Source of the DNA: a virus
Taxonomy: Duplodnaviria > Caudoviricetes
Reading direction: 5' to 3' (one strand)
IMG/VR virus record: IMGVR_UViG_3300010052_000216
Coordinates: 9,352 to 73,351 of that record
DNA: 64,000 nucleotides
The position numbers were made by a program, and so were the translations under genes. Positions 38,281 to 49,500 of the stretch are shown in pieces. Each line of letters begins with the position of its first letter. Position 1 is the stretch's first letter. The notes under the pieces are model-generated. The model was not told the origin of the DNA. It was given only the letters and a program-made list of their open reading frames with translations, and did no database searches.

Positions 38281-39868
38281 TTTCGATGTACTTAGGAGCT
38301 ACCCAAGGAAGATCTGTTTCAAAAAACTTCAAAGCGCAATCTGTTTTATGCTTGCTCATGTGGGCTAAGAGTTTCTCGCGATTAGGATGGCTCGTGTTCA
38401 GAATAGCATTAACACTTTCTACAGAATTGACTTTTAATAACTGCGGTTCAAGAGTTGGATGATCTTCGTCCTCATCGAAACACACTTTGATGTTCTCTTT
38501 GCAGAAGTAATCCTTGTACTTGGTTTTAAGTCCTGCAACCTTTTTGTCATTGTCTGTGAATACGGTAACCTTCAAATTAAGATGGTCTGCTATCTCAAGG
38601 AAACGCTTAAATGCGAGCGACCCAACAGATATGACATCTACTCCCTTTTCGATTGGAAGACAGCCATAAAGCTTTTTGAAAATACTCTGTACAATCAAGT
38701 CGTCAGATGGGCCTTCAACTAAAATGCAATGCTTTGAAAGGATTAGCCTTAACGTATCATATCCTGGAAGCTTCAAGAAATAGTTCTTAGTTTCTTCAGT
38801 TAGACCAGATAACAACAGCGGCTTGGTGCTTGGGGAAATAAGCCTCAAGTTATCAATCCCAAGTTTGTTCAAGACAAACGCACTATGAGTCGTAATGATC
38901 ACTTGCCTATCAGCGCAATCTGTAGCTATGTCATTCATTAGCATGTTCAGATTGGAATGTGACAAATGATTCTCCGGTTCTTCAATCAACAAAACACGTG
39001 ATTGCAGAGAGTCCGCGATAGCAAGCCTCATCTGGATTCGGCATTGCTCACCTTTGCCTGCACAATCGAATGGCAAATCATCAAGATGAGCCGCAATAGC
39101 ACTGTCCCAAGATGAACGTGAAGAGAGATCTACTTGAACTGTTAGCTTTTTGGTAGTGGCGGATTTTCCCTTTAGTTTGAGATGGTCATTGATGGCCGTA
39201 ACCCCTTTCTCCTGTGAGAAGCCATGACGCATCTTCTTGTATGCAAGTGAAAGATCACGACGTTGAGCTACCGTTAGTACGTCATCAACTAACTGTGAAA
39301 CGTATCTGTTCGGCCCTCTAACCATACGCGGCAAGCTAGTGTCAATGGTTTTTGATTTAAAGGCTATTTTCTTGTTTACGATGTTGTTGTCTGTGAAGGA
39401 CCTCCAAAGGCATTTATAAAACTCAATCGGGATAATGGGAGGATTGAGAAAATCCTTGGCGTAATCAACTAACGCTTCCGCGTGATCATCATCAATTTCA
39501 ATCTTCAGCTTAAGACCAGGACAATTCTCGTGCTTTGTGTTATTCCGTCCGGATAACCACGCTATGTTAGGGTCGTCATCATCACTAAGATACGCTTCTA
39601 TCAAAATGCTAGGCGGGCTTGCTTGTTTACCTTCGCGTATCGCTTTGAAATAAGCCGCAACCGCATCAAGATTGAACAAATAAGGATCAAGGGACTGCTC
39701 TATAAATCTTCCGCAATACTGTCTCGTAAGAACAAGATGGATTGCTTCAAGAATGGAAGATTTCCCTGATTCGTTGTCTCCAACAATTACGGTTACCTTG
39801 TCATTCAAAGACAAATCAAACTTCGTAAGGCGCTTATAACCCTCGATATAAATCCTTGTGACGTGCAT
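38261..39868 (-). CDS. gajA: Gabija OLD-family ATP-dependent nuclease (ABC ATPase + TOPRIM)
   Basis: GDNESGKS, LIEEPENHL, TTHS, LVEGPSD, DND; start MHVTRIYIEGYK at 39868. Confidence 0.82.
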   Translation of the reverse strand: MHVTRIYIEGYKRLTKFDLSLNDKVTVIVGDNESGKSSILEAIHLVLTRQYCGRFIEQSLDPYLFNLDAVAAYFKAIREGKQASPPSILIEAYLSDDDDPNIAWLSGRNNTKHENCPGLKLKIEIDDDHAEALVDYAKDFLNPPIIPIEFYKCLWRSFTDNNIVNKKIAFKSKTIDTSLPRMVRGPNRYVSQLVDDVLTVAQRRDLSLAYKKMRHGFSQEKGVTAINDHLKLKGKSATTKKLTVQVDLSSRSSWDSAIAAHLDDLPFDCAGKGEQCRIQMRLAIADSLQSRVLLIEEPENHLSHSNLNMLMNDIATDCADRQVIITTHSAFVLNKLGIDNLRLISPSTKPLLLSGLTEETKNYFLKLPGYDTLRLILSKHCILVEGPSDDLIVQSIFKKLYGCLPIEKGVDVISVGSLAFKRFLEIADHLNLKVTVFTDNDKKVAGLKTKYKDYFCKENIKVCFDEDEDHPTLEPQLLKVNSVESVNAILNTSHPNREKLLAHMSKHKTDCALKFFETDLPWVAPKYIENALQPK

Positions 39869-40296
39869 AATCCTGCCCCACAGTAGCTTGCCTAAAAAAT
39901 CCTGAAGACTCGAAACAGAGGTATTATCAGAGGTTGATCGTGACTTGTCAAAGCAGTTAACCTTTGAACAGATACCCACGAGCTTTGACATGTTTTCTAA
40001 GTTTTTCAATTTGAATTAGTTGCCACTTTTCCCGTAATGAAGCATTGCATGGAAATTCGGGCAAACCTGTCGCAGGTCAGTCTCCGTACGGGCGGCATCC
40101 TGTGATTGAGCATGACCCTAACCCTCTTCGGAATTTCTCCCTATCTCTAGCGCGAAAACGCCCGAAAAGCAGCTGCTGGAAGCGCATGAAACGAATCGCT
40201 TAGTCGTACGTTATATTGTTGGGGATTAATGCGCTCGTCTTGAGAGTTCGATTGCCAATGTCGCACAGTTGGGCGATTTGATTTGGAGTATCGCGT

Positions 40297-41517
40297 ATGT
40301 ATCGAACCGAATGTTTTTTACTCACTTTATTGGCTTGCATGGGCTGTCAGCGCGACCCAGTGCTACCGCCACCGAATCAAGTTGCCTCCGGTGAAACGGT
40401 CGAGACGAGCAAGCCTAACATTGCGTTTGAGAAAAAGCCTGTTTCAGCTGAATCGGCCCTGAGCGTGGAGACAATCTTCGACACGCTAACCGCCAATAGC
40501 TGGGCCAGTTTGCCTCTCAGCAAGGGGCATCCGGATCACAGCGTCTCTACTTTCCAGGCAGATGGCACTTATTCTTACGAGTACTTTACTGACCATATTG
40601 TTCCGGCCACGAAGGGAAAGTGGAACCTGCAGTTTCTTCAGGGGCAGTGGTACCTCTGCCAGGACAATGGAAAACGTAGAACTATCACCGTTAATGAGGA
40701 TGGCAGCATTACACTGCATCACGGCAAGCTGTACCCGCACAAGCCGCTGCAGCGTCAGGAGGGGCAGACAGCCGTAACACTGCCGACGTTGCAATTAATG
40801 CCGAAAGTTCAGGAAATCGTCCAGCGCATGACTGGGCAAACATGGAAGCGGGCGAACGACATAGACTTGCGTAGGGAACCCACGCTGGTTCGTTTTCAAC
40901 CCGATTGGACTTATGTTGCCACCTATCGGAACGGAGAATGCAAGAGCGAAGGCACTTGGTACGCGACAACGGATGAGATAATCGCGGTGAGCCCGAAAGG
41001 TCACTGTGATGACCGGCACGGCACCGGCGGCGATTCGCTCACAGCCGAGGTCATCGACGACCGGAAGATTCTCGTGAACCGGGATCTCTATGTACCCGAG
41101 GATGAGCCAGTGCCGCGCGGGATCATCTGGGGGCTATTGGGATTTGAACCAGTAGTCAGCATCCGCGCTGAGTATGAGATGCCCATCCGCGTTGGCAAGT
41201 CGGTTCGCTTCGATGTGACGATCACCAACGGTGGCCGCGACACGCTGAAGTTAGATAGATTCTCACTTAGCCCCGCTTACAGCAACTATGGTCGCGACCT
41301 TGGTAAACCTGGGGAGCAGCCAGTACTGCCAGCTGACGAAATTGCCGGTATTGACCTGGAGGGAAAAATGCTGGCTCCTTCCGAATCACACACGTTTCGT
41401 CTGACAGCGGAATTGCCAAAAGCAGGACAACAGTGGGTCTACTTCAATGGCTTGGTGTCCGGGCCAACGCAAAACTGGGACATCCATCGGGCGCATGAGC
41501 TGACTGTGAAGGAGTGA
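40297..41517 (+). CDS. Putative lipoprotein of unknown function
   Basis: LLTLLACMGC lipobox-like; two internal beta-rich repeats (F..DG/W.Y...GKW/GTW). Confidence 0.65.
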   Translation: MYRTECFLLTLLACMGCQRDPVLPPPNQVASGETVETSKPNIAFEKKPVSAESALSVETIFDTLTANSWASLPLSKGHPDHSVSTFQADGTYSYEYFTDHIVPATKGKWNLQFLQGQWYLCQDNGKRRTITVNEDGSITLHHGKLYPHKPLQRQEGQTAVTLPTLQLMPKVQEIVQRMTGQTWKRANDIDLRREPTLVRFQPDWTYVATYRNGECKSEGTWYATTDEIIAVSPKGHCDDRHGTGGDSLTAEVIDDRKILVNRDLYVPEDEPVPRGIIWGLLGFEPVVSIRAEYEMPIRVGKSVRFDVTITNGGRDTLKLDRFSLSPAYSNYGRDLGKPGEQPVLPADEIAGIDLEGKMLAPSESHTFRLTAELPKAGQQWVYFNGLVSGPTQNWDIHRAHELTVKE

Positions 41518-41586
41518 TGCGGTTCGTGACATAGAGGATTTGCACGTGGCTCGGCATGCCTGCACCAAGGAATCTACATGGAATTC

Positions 41587-41856
41587 CGAAACCCGTTGCT
41601 TTCGGTCCCCCGAAACCAAACGGGTTGTTAACCTAGCGGCCTACTTAAAACAGAGAGCGCGAGAGTATCTGGCGAGATTACCATCAAGATCGCGACCAAC
41701 TTGCAGCTAGAGAAGTTATAGAGAACTCTCGTAATCAGGCCGACTCAAGAAAATCCATGCAATAGACTCGCAAAACGTCAAACGCCGGGAGCTCTTGCTC
41801 TTGGCGTTTTGTGTAAACCCATGGGTCGGCGGTATTTCCGCAGATTTGAAAAGCTC
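41587..41856 (+). repeat. Structured direct repeat, copy 1
   Basis: 205/255 identical without indels to 50599-50853 (counted by hand); similarity extends to AAAGCTC; two hairpins. Confidence 0.85.
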
Positions 41857-42100
41857 AAAAACGGGCTGACTCAGCGGCGACTGATTGATTAACAACGACA
41901 TTACTTAAATACTCCAGAAATTGAAAGCAACTCATTGTGGCTAAACAGGTTAAGGCATAGCATAACTGCTTCACAGCCCGGAATGAGTGTTTGCCCTTTT
42001 GTATTCACTTCCAAAAAAAATACCGCGGAAGCTGCGGATAATTTAGTACAAGCCAAATCCCATTTTCTGCGTGAGTAATATTCCTGCATTGCCAATCGGT

Positions 42101-44311
42101 TCAGACGATTAAGCGATTTGCTCTTCCTAAAGTAGTAGATCGCCGGCGTTGAAGATATCCAATGAAAACTAGACCAATAAATCCCAGCAAAGCCCACGTC
42201 CCCGGTTCGGGAACTGGTGTGAGGAGATAAACACTAATCCCCGCATTCTGTCCAACCGTACGCCCAGTTCCAAGAATATAAAGAGGCGATCCACCGGGTG
42301 TTGTGCTAATCTCGCCCGGGACGGTGGAGCCGTAGACGCTCGACAAGTATTGCCAGCCCTCGGCCGTGAGCCCGCCTTCGACCAGACTCCCCAGATCATA
42401 GAACCCCGCGTCGAGACTCCACCAAAAAGCGCGGTCGCCCACCAACGTGTTGCCGTTATAGAGTCGGTAGCTGCCGAGGACCACTCCTTCCTCGGTCAGC
42501 AGCGCAGGAGCGGTATAGCTGTAGTTATCGGGCAGGAAACTGAACTCCAACGCCGTGGTGACGTTCGTTGACGGGTCGTAGAACCAGCCTGACTGGCCGA
42601 GGCTTCCGACACGTTCTGTGTACCCCAGGACTTGCCCCGCTTCATTGAGCTGCTGAATATTGTTGTTGCGGTAGGTTCCGCCCACGGTGGTATTTGTTGG
42701 GGACGACTCGTATGCACTACCCGTGAGGCCGATGAGCTGGGTATTTGTGCCGCTGAACAGCCAAGCGTCACGGCCGAGGAAGTCTCCGGCCGAGTTACGG
42801 CGCTGGGTAGTGCCGAGAACTTGTCCGGCTTCGTTCATTTGCGCGGTTGCCGAGAGGCGATATGTCCCGCCGCCGGTGCCAGTAAACGCGTACTCATAAC
42901 CAGGTCCAGTCAACCCGATCATTTGCGTGGTGGTGCCGTTAAAGTACCAGGCATCTTCGCCGAGCGTTTCACCCGCGGTATTGTAACGCTCGACGTAGCC
43001 GCGGACATGCCCGGCGTTATTCATCTCTTCGGCATAGTTATAGCGTATCGTTCCGCCATTAAGGCTGGTACTTGGTTTCTCGTAACTAGTGCCGGTCAGA
43101 CCGATGAATTGCGTGCTGATGCCGTCGAAGAACCATGTGTCTTGTCCCAGACCATTTCCCGAGGCGTTGTAGCGAAAGCTGTACCCGCGAACGTGTCCGG
43201 CTTGGTTCATCTGCTCGGGATAGGAGTGACGAGCGGTACCAGTGCTATCCGTGTACTGGTATACGCCGCCGATGAGACCGATGCGCTGGGAATTAATGCC
43301 ATTGAAGAACCAAGCGTCCTGGCTATTGGAGATGAACCCCAAATTGGTCGTAGGCCGTGAAAACCCGCTGGCCTGTCCCGCATCATTCAAATGATAAACG
43401 AGAGATCCGCGAACCGTCCCGCCTCCGCCACTGGTGTATTCGTAGCCGGCTCCTATTAAACCTATGATTTGAGTAGTACTGCCGTTGAACAGCCAAGTGT
43501 CCCCACCGAGGCCGCTGCCTGTAGCGCTGCGACGACCGGAGCTGCCGATCACTTGCCCGGCTTCGTTGATTTGCTTCACTTCTGAGCCGCTATAGGTTGC
43601 ACCCGCAGAGTTGGGGACGGCAGACTCAGCGTTCAGGCCGATGAGCCGCGTGCTGGTGCCGTTGAATAGCCAAGCAACTTTACCTTGGTTCGTTCCTGTA
43701 GAACTGTAGCGATCGGAGTAACCGATGACCTGTCCGGCATTGTTCATCTGCACCGCTTCATTGGTGCGCCAGATCCCGAAGGTGCTGCGAGTGTATTCGT
43801 AATCGGTTCCGACCATGCCGATGAGAAGCGTGGTAGTACCGTTGAAGAACCAAGAGTCGCGGCCGAGTTGAGCGCCTGTAGGGGACTGCCGAAAAGTGTA
43901 CCCGTGAACTTGCCCAGCCTCGTTCATATCCTGGCCAACGGCGGAACGGGTGGGAGGGCCGCTACTCGTTTTGTCATATCCACTTCCGGTCAACCCGATG
44001 GGGATCGTGCTGTTGCCGTCAAAGACCCAGATGTCTTCACCGAAGCCTCCTCCGATATGTCCACGCAGGTATGAGTAGCCACGAACATATCCGGCCTGGT
44101 TCATCTGTTGGGCAACGCTGGTATAAGCTTTTCCGCTACTGGTAATGTTCACGTAATCGCTGCCAGTCAGGCCAATTTCCGTGAGGTTGTAACCAGCGGG
44201 CGGTGTCTGCCCTTGGACTCCGAACATGACACCGCAGTAGATAATCAAAGCAACTAAGATGCGCAACAGAGCGCAGCTTCGCATAGATTGATCAAAATGA
44301 ATCAAATGCAC
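42101..44311 (-). CDS. PEP-CTERM protein with about ten ~57-aa MNxAGxVxG repeats (propeller-like)
   Basis: Repeated QMNEAGQV.G...G.DAWFFNGT; C-terminal VPEPGT + TM + RRR. Confidence 0.85.
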   Translation of the reverse strand: MHLIHFDQSMRSCALLRILVALIIYCGVMFGVQGQTPPAGYNLTEIGLTGSDYVNITSSGKAYTSVAQQMNQAGYVRGYSYLRGHIGGGFGEDIWVFDGNSTIPIGLTGSGYDKTSSGPPTRSAVGQDMNEAGQVHGYTFRQSPTGAQLGRDSWFFNGTTTLLIGMVGTDYEYTRSTFGIWRTNEAVQMNNAGQVIGYSDRYSSTGTNQGKVAWLFNGTSTRLIGLNAESAVPNSAGATYSGSEVKQINEAGQVIGSSGRRSATGSGLGGDTWLFNGSTTQIIGLIGAGYEYTSGGGGTVRGSLVYHLNDAGQASGFSRPTTNLGFISNSQDAWFFNGINSQRIGLIGGVYQYTDSTGTARHSYPEQMNQAGHVRGYSFRYNASGNGLGQDTWFFDGISTQFIGLTGTSYEKPSTSLNGGTIRYNYAEEMNNAGHVRGYVERYNTAGETLGEDAWYFNGTTTQMIGLTGPGYEYAFTGTGGGTYRLSATAQMNEAGQVLGTTQRRNSAGDFLGRDAWLFSGTNTQLIGLTGSAYESSPTNTTVGGTYRNNNIQQLNEAGQVLGYTERVGSLGQSGWFYDPSTNVTTALEFSFLPDNYSYTAPALLTEEGVVLGSYRLYNGNTLVGDRAFWWSLDAGFYDLGSLVEGGLTAEGWQYLSSVYGSTVPGEISTTPGGSPLYILGTGRTVGQNAGISVYLLTPVPEPGTWALLGFIGLVFIGYLQRRRSTTLGRANRLIV

Positions 44312-44710
44312 GCCGAGCAGCCCCTTTTAGTGATGCGTCAGAAGAGATACTCTCTGAGTACGAAGACAAATACCCAAACCTGTTCCACAACGATGATAAT
44401 GGCTGTCAATAAGATTGTCATCTATCTTAGATGTAGAAAATCTATCTGAGCCAAGGGTGCTAAATATCAAGCGGTTTAAAGAAACTCGTTTTGATCACGG
44501 TTGGGGACCTCTCTAACTAGTGCATCGCGATCTCTAAGTATTCAAAAGCACACCAAATGGGAATATTTAGTCGCGACCGGCTGGTTAACAACGCAACATC
44601 AGAAAAGATTTCCCAGAATATTCACAACCGCATTTACGCTAATGACTTAAGCGAAATCCTGATGTCGGGTGATGCCTAAATCTGAGAAAAGCCATGGTTA
44701 GAATGCCGCC

Positions 44711-45713
44711 ATGTTTCGACCCGCATCTCATCACACCGAGGCACTGCCCACCGCGATCTACACGCGACAATCTCGCCCGCGCTCAAGTGATTTGACGTCC
44801 TGCGCCGCACAACGCTGGATTTGCTCTGACTTTTGTCGTGAGCAAGGTTTTCTCATTGCACAGGATGTTTTTGATGACGAAGGCGAATCAGCGAAACCTT
44901 GGATCGTCCGGCGCTGCAGCGCCTTCTAAAAGCAGTCGAGGCCCGCGAAGTCAGTCGGGTCGTGGTCTATGGCATCGATCGGCTGACACGCAAGTTGTTC
45001 CATCTACGCAACTCTTGGAAACATTCGAACGTTTTAAGGTGGCACTGAGCGTGGTGACGGACCCGAAATTCGGGGAATCGGCCGTCAACCGTCTGACTTC
45101 GAACATAATCGCTGCGGCCAGCGAGTTTCAAATGGAAATCACCCGCGAACGACTCGCTGACGCCAGGACGGCTCTTAAAAGCAAAGGGCGACGGGTCGCG
45201 GGGCGTGTTCCGTTTGGCTATCGAGCCAACACGGCCACCAAGCAGCTGTTTGTCGAACCGAATGAAGCACGGGTCGTTCGGCAGATTTTTCGTTGGGCGG
45301 CTGCTGGGATGCGGCCGCAGCAAATTGCCGACCAACTAAATGCCGTAGGCGATGATCCGACGACGGTTATTTGGACTGCCCGGCGGATCCTAAAATTGCT
45401 CTCCAATCCGACCTACACGGGTGCCGTTCGCCACGGCAATCGAACGCTCTCTGGTTGCCATGAAGCACTGGTCGAATCAGAGACGGCCGTGCGTATCCAT
45501 GAAATGATCCAAGCTCGCCGCTCTCGAGTTCCGGGGCGTACCAAGCAACAATGGGACTGGTCCCTGCGGGAGATTTTGATTTGCGATCAGTGCGGTCGGG
45601 CCATGAGCCCCAGTGTTTCGGGTTTCTCTTCTGGAGACGGAGCGGGCTCGCGCACACCCGCACGTAGGATGGGAGTGGTAGATGCTTCCAAGGCCCAACG
45701 TAACTTAATCTGA
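44711..45713 (+). pseudogene. Decayed large serine recombinase
   Basis: AIYTRQS; frameshifts near 44891 and 45007 hide LDRPALQRLL...VVVYGIDRLTR; truncated after CDQCG. Confidence 0.8.
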
Positions 45714-45759
45714 GGGCTCACTGTCTTGATGTCACGTATTACCGTGCGTTAGACCACCG

Positions 45760-46536
45760 TCACTTTTCCAGTGACGCCGCAAAGGGAGCTAGATTGTCTG
45801 GAGCTGTAGATTGCCCCGCCGCACGAGCTTTCTGACGATTGGCAATAGCAATCGTAGCTAACTCAATTGCTTTATCCTTAGGATAATAACCAAGTGCAGG
45901 ATCCTCTAGTTGTAGCATACCCAGCATACTGCGTACTCCCGTTTCTGTTATTTTGGTATCGCTCATATCCAATTTTTGCAGTTGTGAAAACTGAGCAATT
46001 TTTGCCGCAGTAATGTCATCACAATTTGTGCCGTTGAGCTTCAGAATTTTTAGTTCAGGATTATTACCTAATTTTTCAATATTGTGGCCATGGATGTTTG
46101 TAAACCGCAAATCGACGGAAGTTAACTTCATTTTCGACAGTGTCTCAAAGATCTCATCGTTTACATTGTTATTGGTGTCAATGATTAGCGTTTTAAGATT
46201 TTGTAAATCTGCTAACGGAGCAAAATCTTTGGACGATAGGTTTGTGCTACGAATTCGTAACTCTTGAAGTTGCTTTATTTTCGAGATTAGAACAATGTCG
46301 TTTGCCGTCAGCTTATTGCTTCCGCAAGCCAAGACTTTGAATTCAGGGATTTGAGGCAGATAGGGGAGCAGTTCTGAAAGTTGTTCATATTTCAGCCCTC
46401 CTGCACCTGTCAACTTTCCCGTTTTCTTGTCTCCATATTTGGCACGGAGTTCCGACACTTTTTGCTCAGCGCAGCCTGTAGCTGAGATCAGCACGGAAAA
46501 AAGTGGTATTAACAAAATTGAAAGATAAAATTTCAT
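45760..46536 (-). CDS. Leucine-rich-repeat lipoprotein (immunity candidate)
   Basis: ISATGC lipobox; LxxLxLxxT-type repeats; 27 nt downstream of the hydrolase gene. Confidence 0.75.
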   Translation of the reverse strand: MKFYLSILLIPLFSVLISATGCAEQKVSELRAKYGDKKTGKLTGAGGLKYEQLSELLPYLPQIPEFKVLACGSNKLTANDIVLISKIKQLQELRIRSTNLSSKDFAPLADLQNLKTLIIDTNNNVNDEIFETLSKMKLTSVDLRFTNIHGHNIEKLGNNPELKILKLNGTNCDDITAAKIAQFSQLQKLDMSDTKITETGVRSMLGMLQLEDPALGYYPKDKAIELATIAIANRQKARAAGQSTAPDNLAPFAASLEK

Positions 46537-46563
46537 TTGTTTGCTGTTACGGGTTAAGTAACG

Positions 46564-49500
46564 TTAATAGGTGGTCGCGAAAGCAGTTTTTGTTTTGACA
46601 GCTTTCCAAAATGCCCCGGTAATTGCGGCAGAATGATGGAATTGGAATGAATGACCGCTTGATAAACTCGTTCCATCTTCTGAGAAAGTTTTCATACCAA
46701 ACTGTGGTGCAGAAATATCTACGCCAACAAAAGAACTAATGGAGTTGTCAACGCCCACCGCATCCGCATTCGCTTGTGAAAAGAATGCTAATATTTCAAA
46801 GGCTGTTGAGCCGGGATTGCTAGCATTATCAACCAACCCTGGAGTTAAATCCACCCAATTGATGCGATCTTGTTGGAATTGGCCATCCTCTGTATATGGA
46901 ACTCGATAATAATGACGAACGCCATTCGCGTCATTTTCCATTACATAACGATAGGGCCAAAGCACTGTTGGAGGAAATGCTTTACCGGCACCATCCATCT
47001 TAAAAAACTGCGCGTATTTTTGAACAAGCAATGAATCGAGGTATTGTGCTAGGTCTTCACTCAAGTATTCAGCATTCTTTGTGACGGCATTATTCATTTC
47101 CCAAGCGAAGCTTACGGCAAAATCATCAGGATTGTAAAAATTAAAAGCATGTGCTACTGCGGAGTCGAGTGCGCTTTTTGCGAAAGAACTCGTATTCGTT
47201 GTAGCAGACCCAAGTGGGAAATGCCGTAATAAGTCATGATCCGATGTATTTGCCGCTAGCATCCAATCCGATATTGAACTAAGTGCTTCATTACCTATAA
47301 ACTGATCGGGTATGTTGATAGTGAAAGCATCTGTATTATTTTCGGCATAAGCCCCGCCTGAAATAGCTGCCTGCATGGCAACATAACTTTCGACCAATTT
47401 AGAATTTGACTGTTGATGCCATTGGCGGAGTGCTGAAGCGACGACGGTGTTGCCCATGCTATGAGCAAGCAGATGTGTTTTTCCAGAAAGTTCGGATGCA
47501 AGCAAATTCATCAGAGCTTTGCCAGAACGCCACGCTTGAAACTCGCTCATATTGAATGTCATATTCAATTCCTCTGGTGTTCGAGGACCCTCTTCATTAC
47601 TGAAGGTTGGCCAGTCGAATTCAACCAGTTGCCCGCGATAGCCCTGCCAATAGAGACGCTTAAATGCGGTCTCCGAAAAAGCCCGCTTCCAGTCGTTGCC
47701 AATATTACCAGGCATGTTCCAGCCATGGACTAGAACGATTCGCTCCGTGCCAGAGAGAAATGGCTTATTCGATGTGGTAGCCGTGTGTTCGGCGATGGCA
47801 TCAGTGTAGGAGACAAAACTTAGATCTTGCCGAGAAGTGGCAGTCATTGGGATGGTATAGCGTGAATAAAAGTCTTTGAAATCATGCAATTCAAGCTGGA
47901 TCGGAACATAGCGTGTCCGAGTTATACCGTTCGAATAAACGAACGATACATTTATGTATATTTGTGTGTTAATGACACCAGAGCCTCGTCCTTCAAAAAT
48001 AAAACTACTGACATCATCCAAACCCGTAATAAAGTGATAATTGATTCCCGAAAGTTGTGTATTCAAATTAGAATTTTCAACTTGATCCTTCGATAACTGT
48101 AAATCTAGAACATGTGCGTTAGTTATACCGTTTGCTGTAGGAGCTTGATAAAGCTGGACAGCGCCTTCCACCGAACTCCCTAAACGAAATGACATCGTAT
48201 TAGGATTCGATGTAAATGTCTTGACATCACTAAAGCCCGAGTTAACCAAAAGCGGATCTAGAAATAAATTGAGCCTGGCAAAATCTTCCAAGTCTCGTGT
48301 GTTGCTGATAGTGGCATCCGAGTTATCTAGTATTATTCGTGCAACTTTATCCGTCACATAGTAATCACCGTCTTCTCCATGATTGCCTTCTTGATCGTTG
48401 TTATACCAAAAAGTTAATTGCTTATCGTAGCTATTAGTAAAATCTATATTATTATCTCGGTTACCATCAACGCCAAGATTGACGTCAATGACACTATATT
48501 TGGCAGTATCCTTCATAATAACACTATTTGTAGTATTACGATCAAATACTGAATAAGTTAATATATTAGCAGTGTTTATACTGCGACTAAGGCCCTCAAT
48601 ATAAATACTGATTTCAGCATCAGTGGCATGTATCGGATCGCCATTTTTTATGATTGACCAATCGCTATCAACTTGGAACATGCCATCACTATAACCCACT
48701 GACCAAATACGTATTTTAGAGCTGTCAAACTGCAATTTGTAACTATGAGTTGAAACCCACTCGCTAGGCATGATTAGTTTAGCTTGTGTAAAATCACCCA
48801 AATAATTTGGATCAATATTGAAAGCGGGATCAGCATAATCCGGCAAGTATTTGGTAATCCCGGCTTCGCTCTGTGTTGCTGCACTAATGCCTTTAGAAAA
48901 ATCACTGTTCTGCCACACAAAAGAACCTAATTCCGTTTCCGCTAGATCCCCCTGATTATCAATAATTAGATCGATGCCATAAGCTGCCACCTTTACGGCA
49001 TCTGTGGCAATTATCGCCCCGCCTTCCTGATAGATTTGTGTGGTAACTATACCTACGCCAGTCGAAACAGCCTCAATCCATAGCTTCTCTGGAACTGGTA
49101 CATTACCCCCGATTGTCCAACGTTTTTCTCCGCCAATGAATGTAATGAGTCCACTTTTGTCTGGGCTAGCGTAAAGCTTAAAATTCGTGGAATCAAGCGT
49201 GAGAACAACTTCGTGTACCAATTGCGTTAATTGCGTGATATTGTGGCTTAATTGCAGTTCACGAAGGTCATTTTCACCAATAACTGCTGTATTCTGCAAA
49301 TAATCCAATACACCATTTTCATCGTCATCATTATTGTTCAAGCTAACTATGATGCCGTTACCTGTTAACTCGATTGGATCATCTGTACCTCCGGCATTTA
49401 TCGGATCGATGAAATTATCATTGTTGCTATCGCCATCTAAATCGATAGTTATTGGATCAACAGTAAGTTTTGCTAGATCAAGCGACTCGACCGCCCCCGA

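Larger units (their letters stand above)
1..41856. mobile_element. Lambda-type prophage / phage-like integrative element (left end beyond window; right end tentative)
   Basis: Head, packaging, replication and serine recombinase modules are mostly co-oriented on the minus strand with interspersed cargo. The right boundary is guessed from the 41587-41856 repeat. Confidence 0.75.

Noticed and set aside
41815-41845. tRNA/tmRNA 3'-end as attachment site (ATACCGCCGACCCA resembles a T-arm/acceptor end)
   Set aside because: No GTTCGA T-loop, no CCA end and no cloverleaf; no tRNA was found in the window.
41716-41901. Conserved peptide (GNTADPxVYTKR) or ORFs 41716-41901 / 50640-50924 within the 255-bp repeat
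   Set aside because: Differences between copies fall on all codon positions, stops are not shared and there is no common start.
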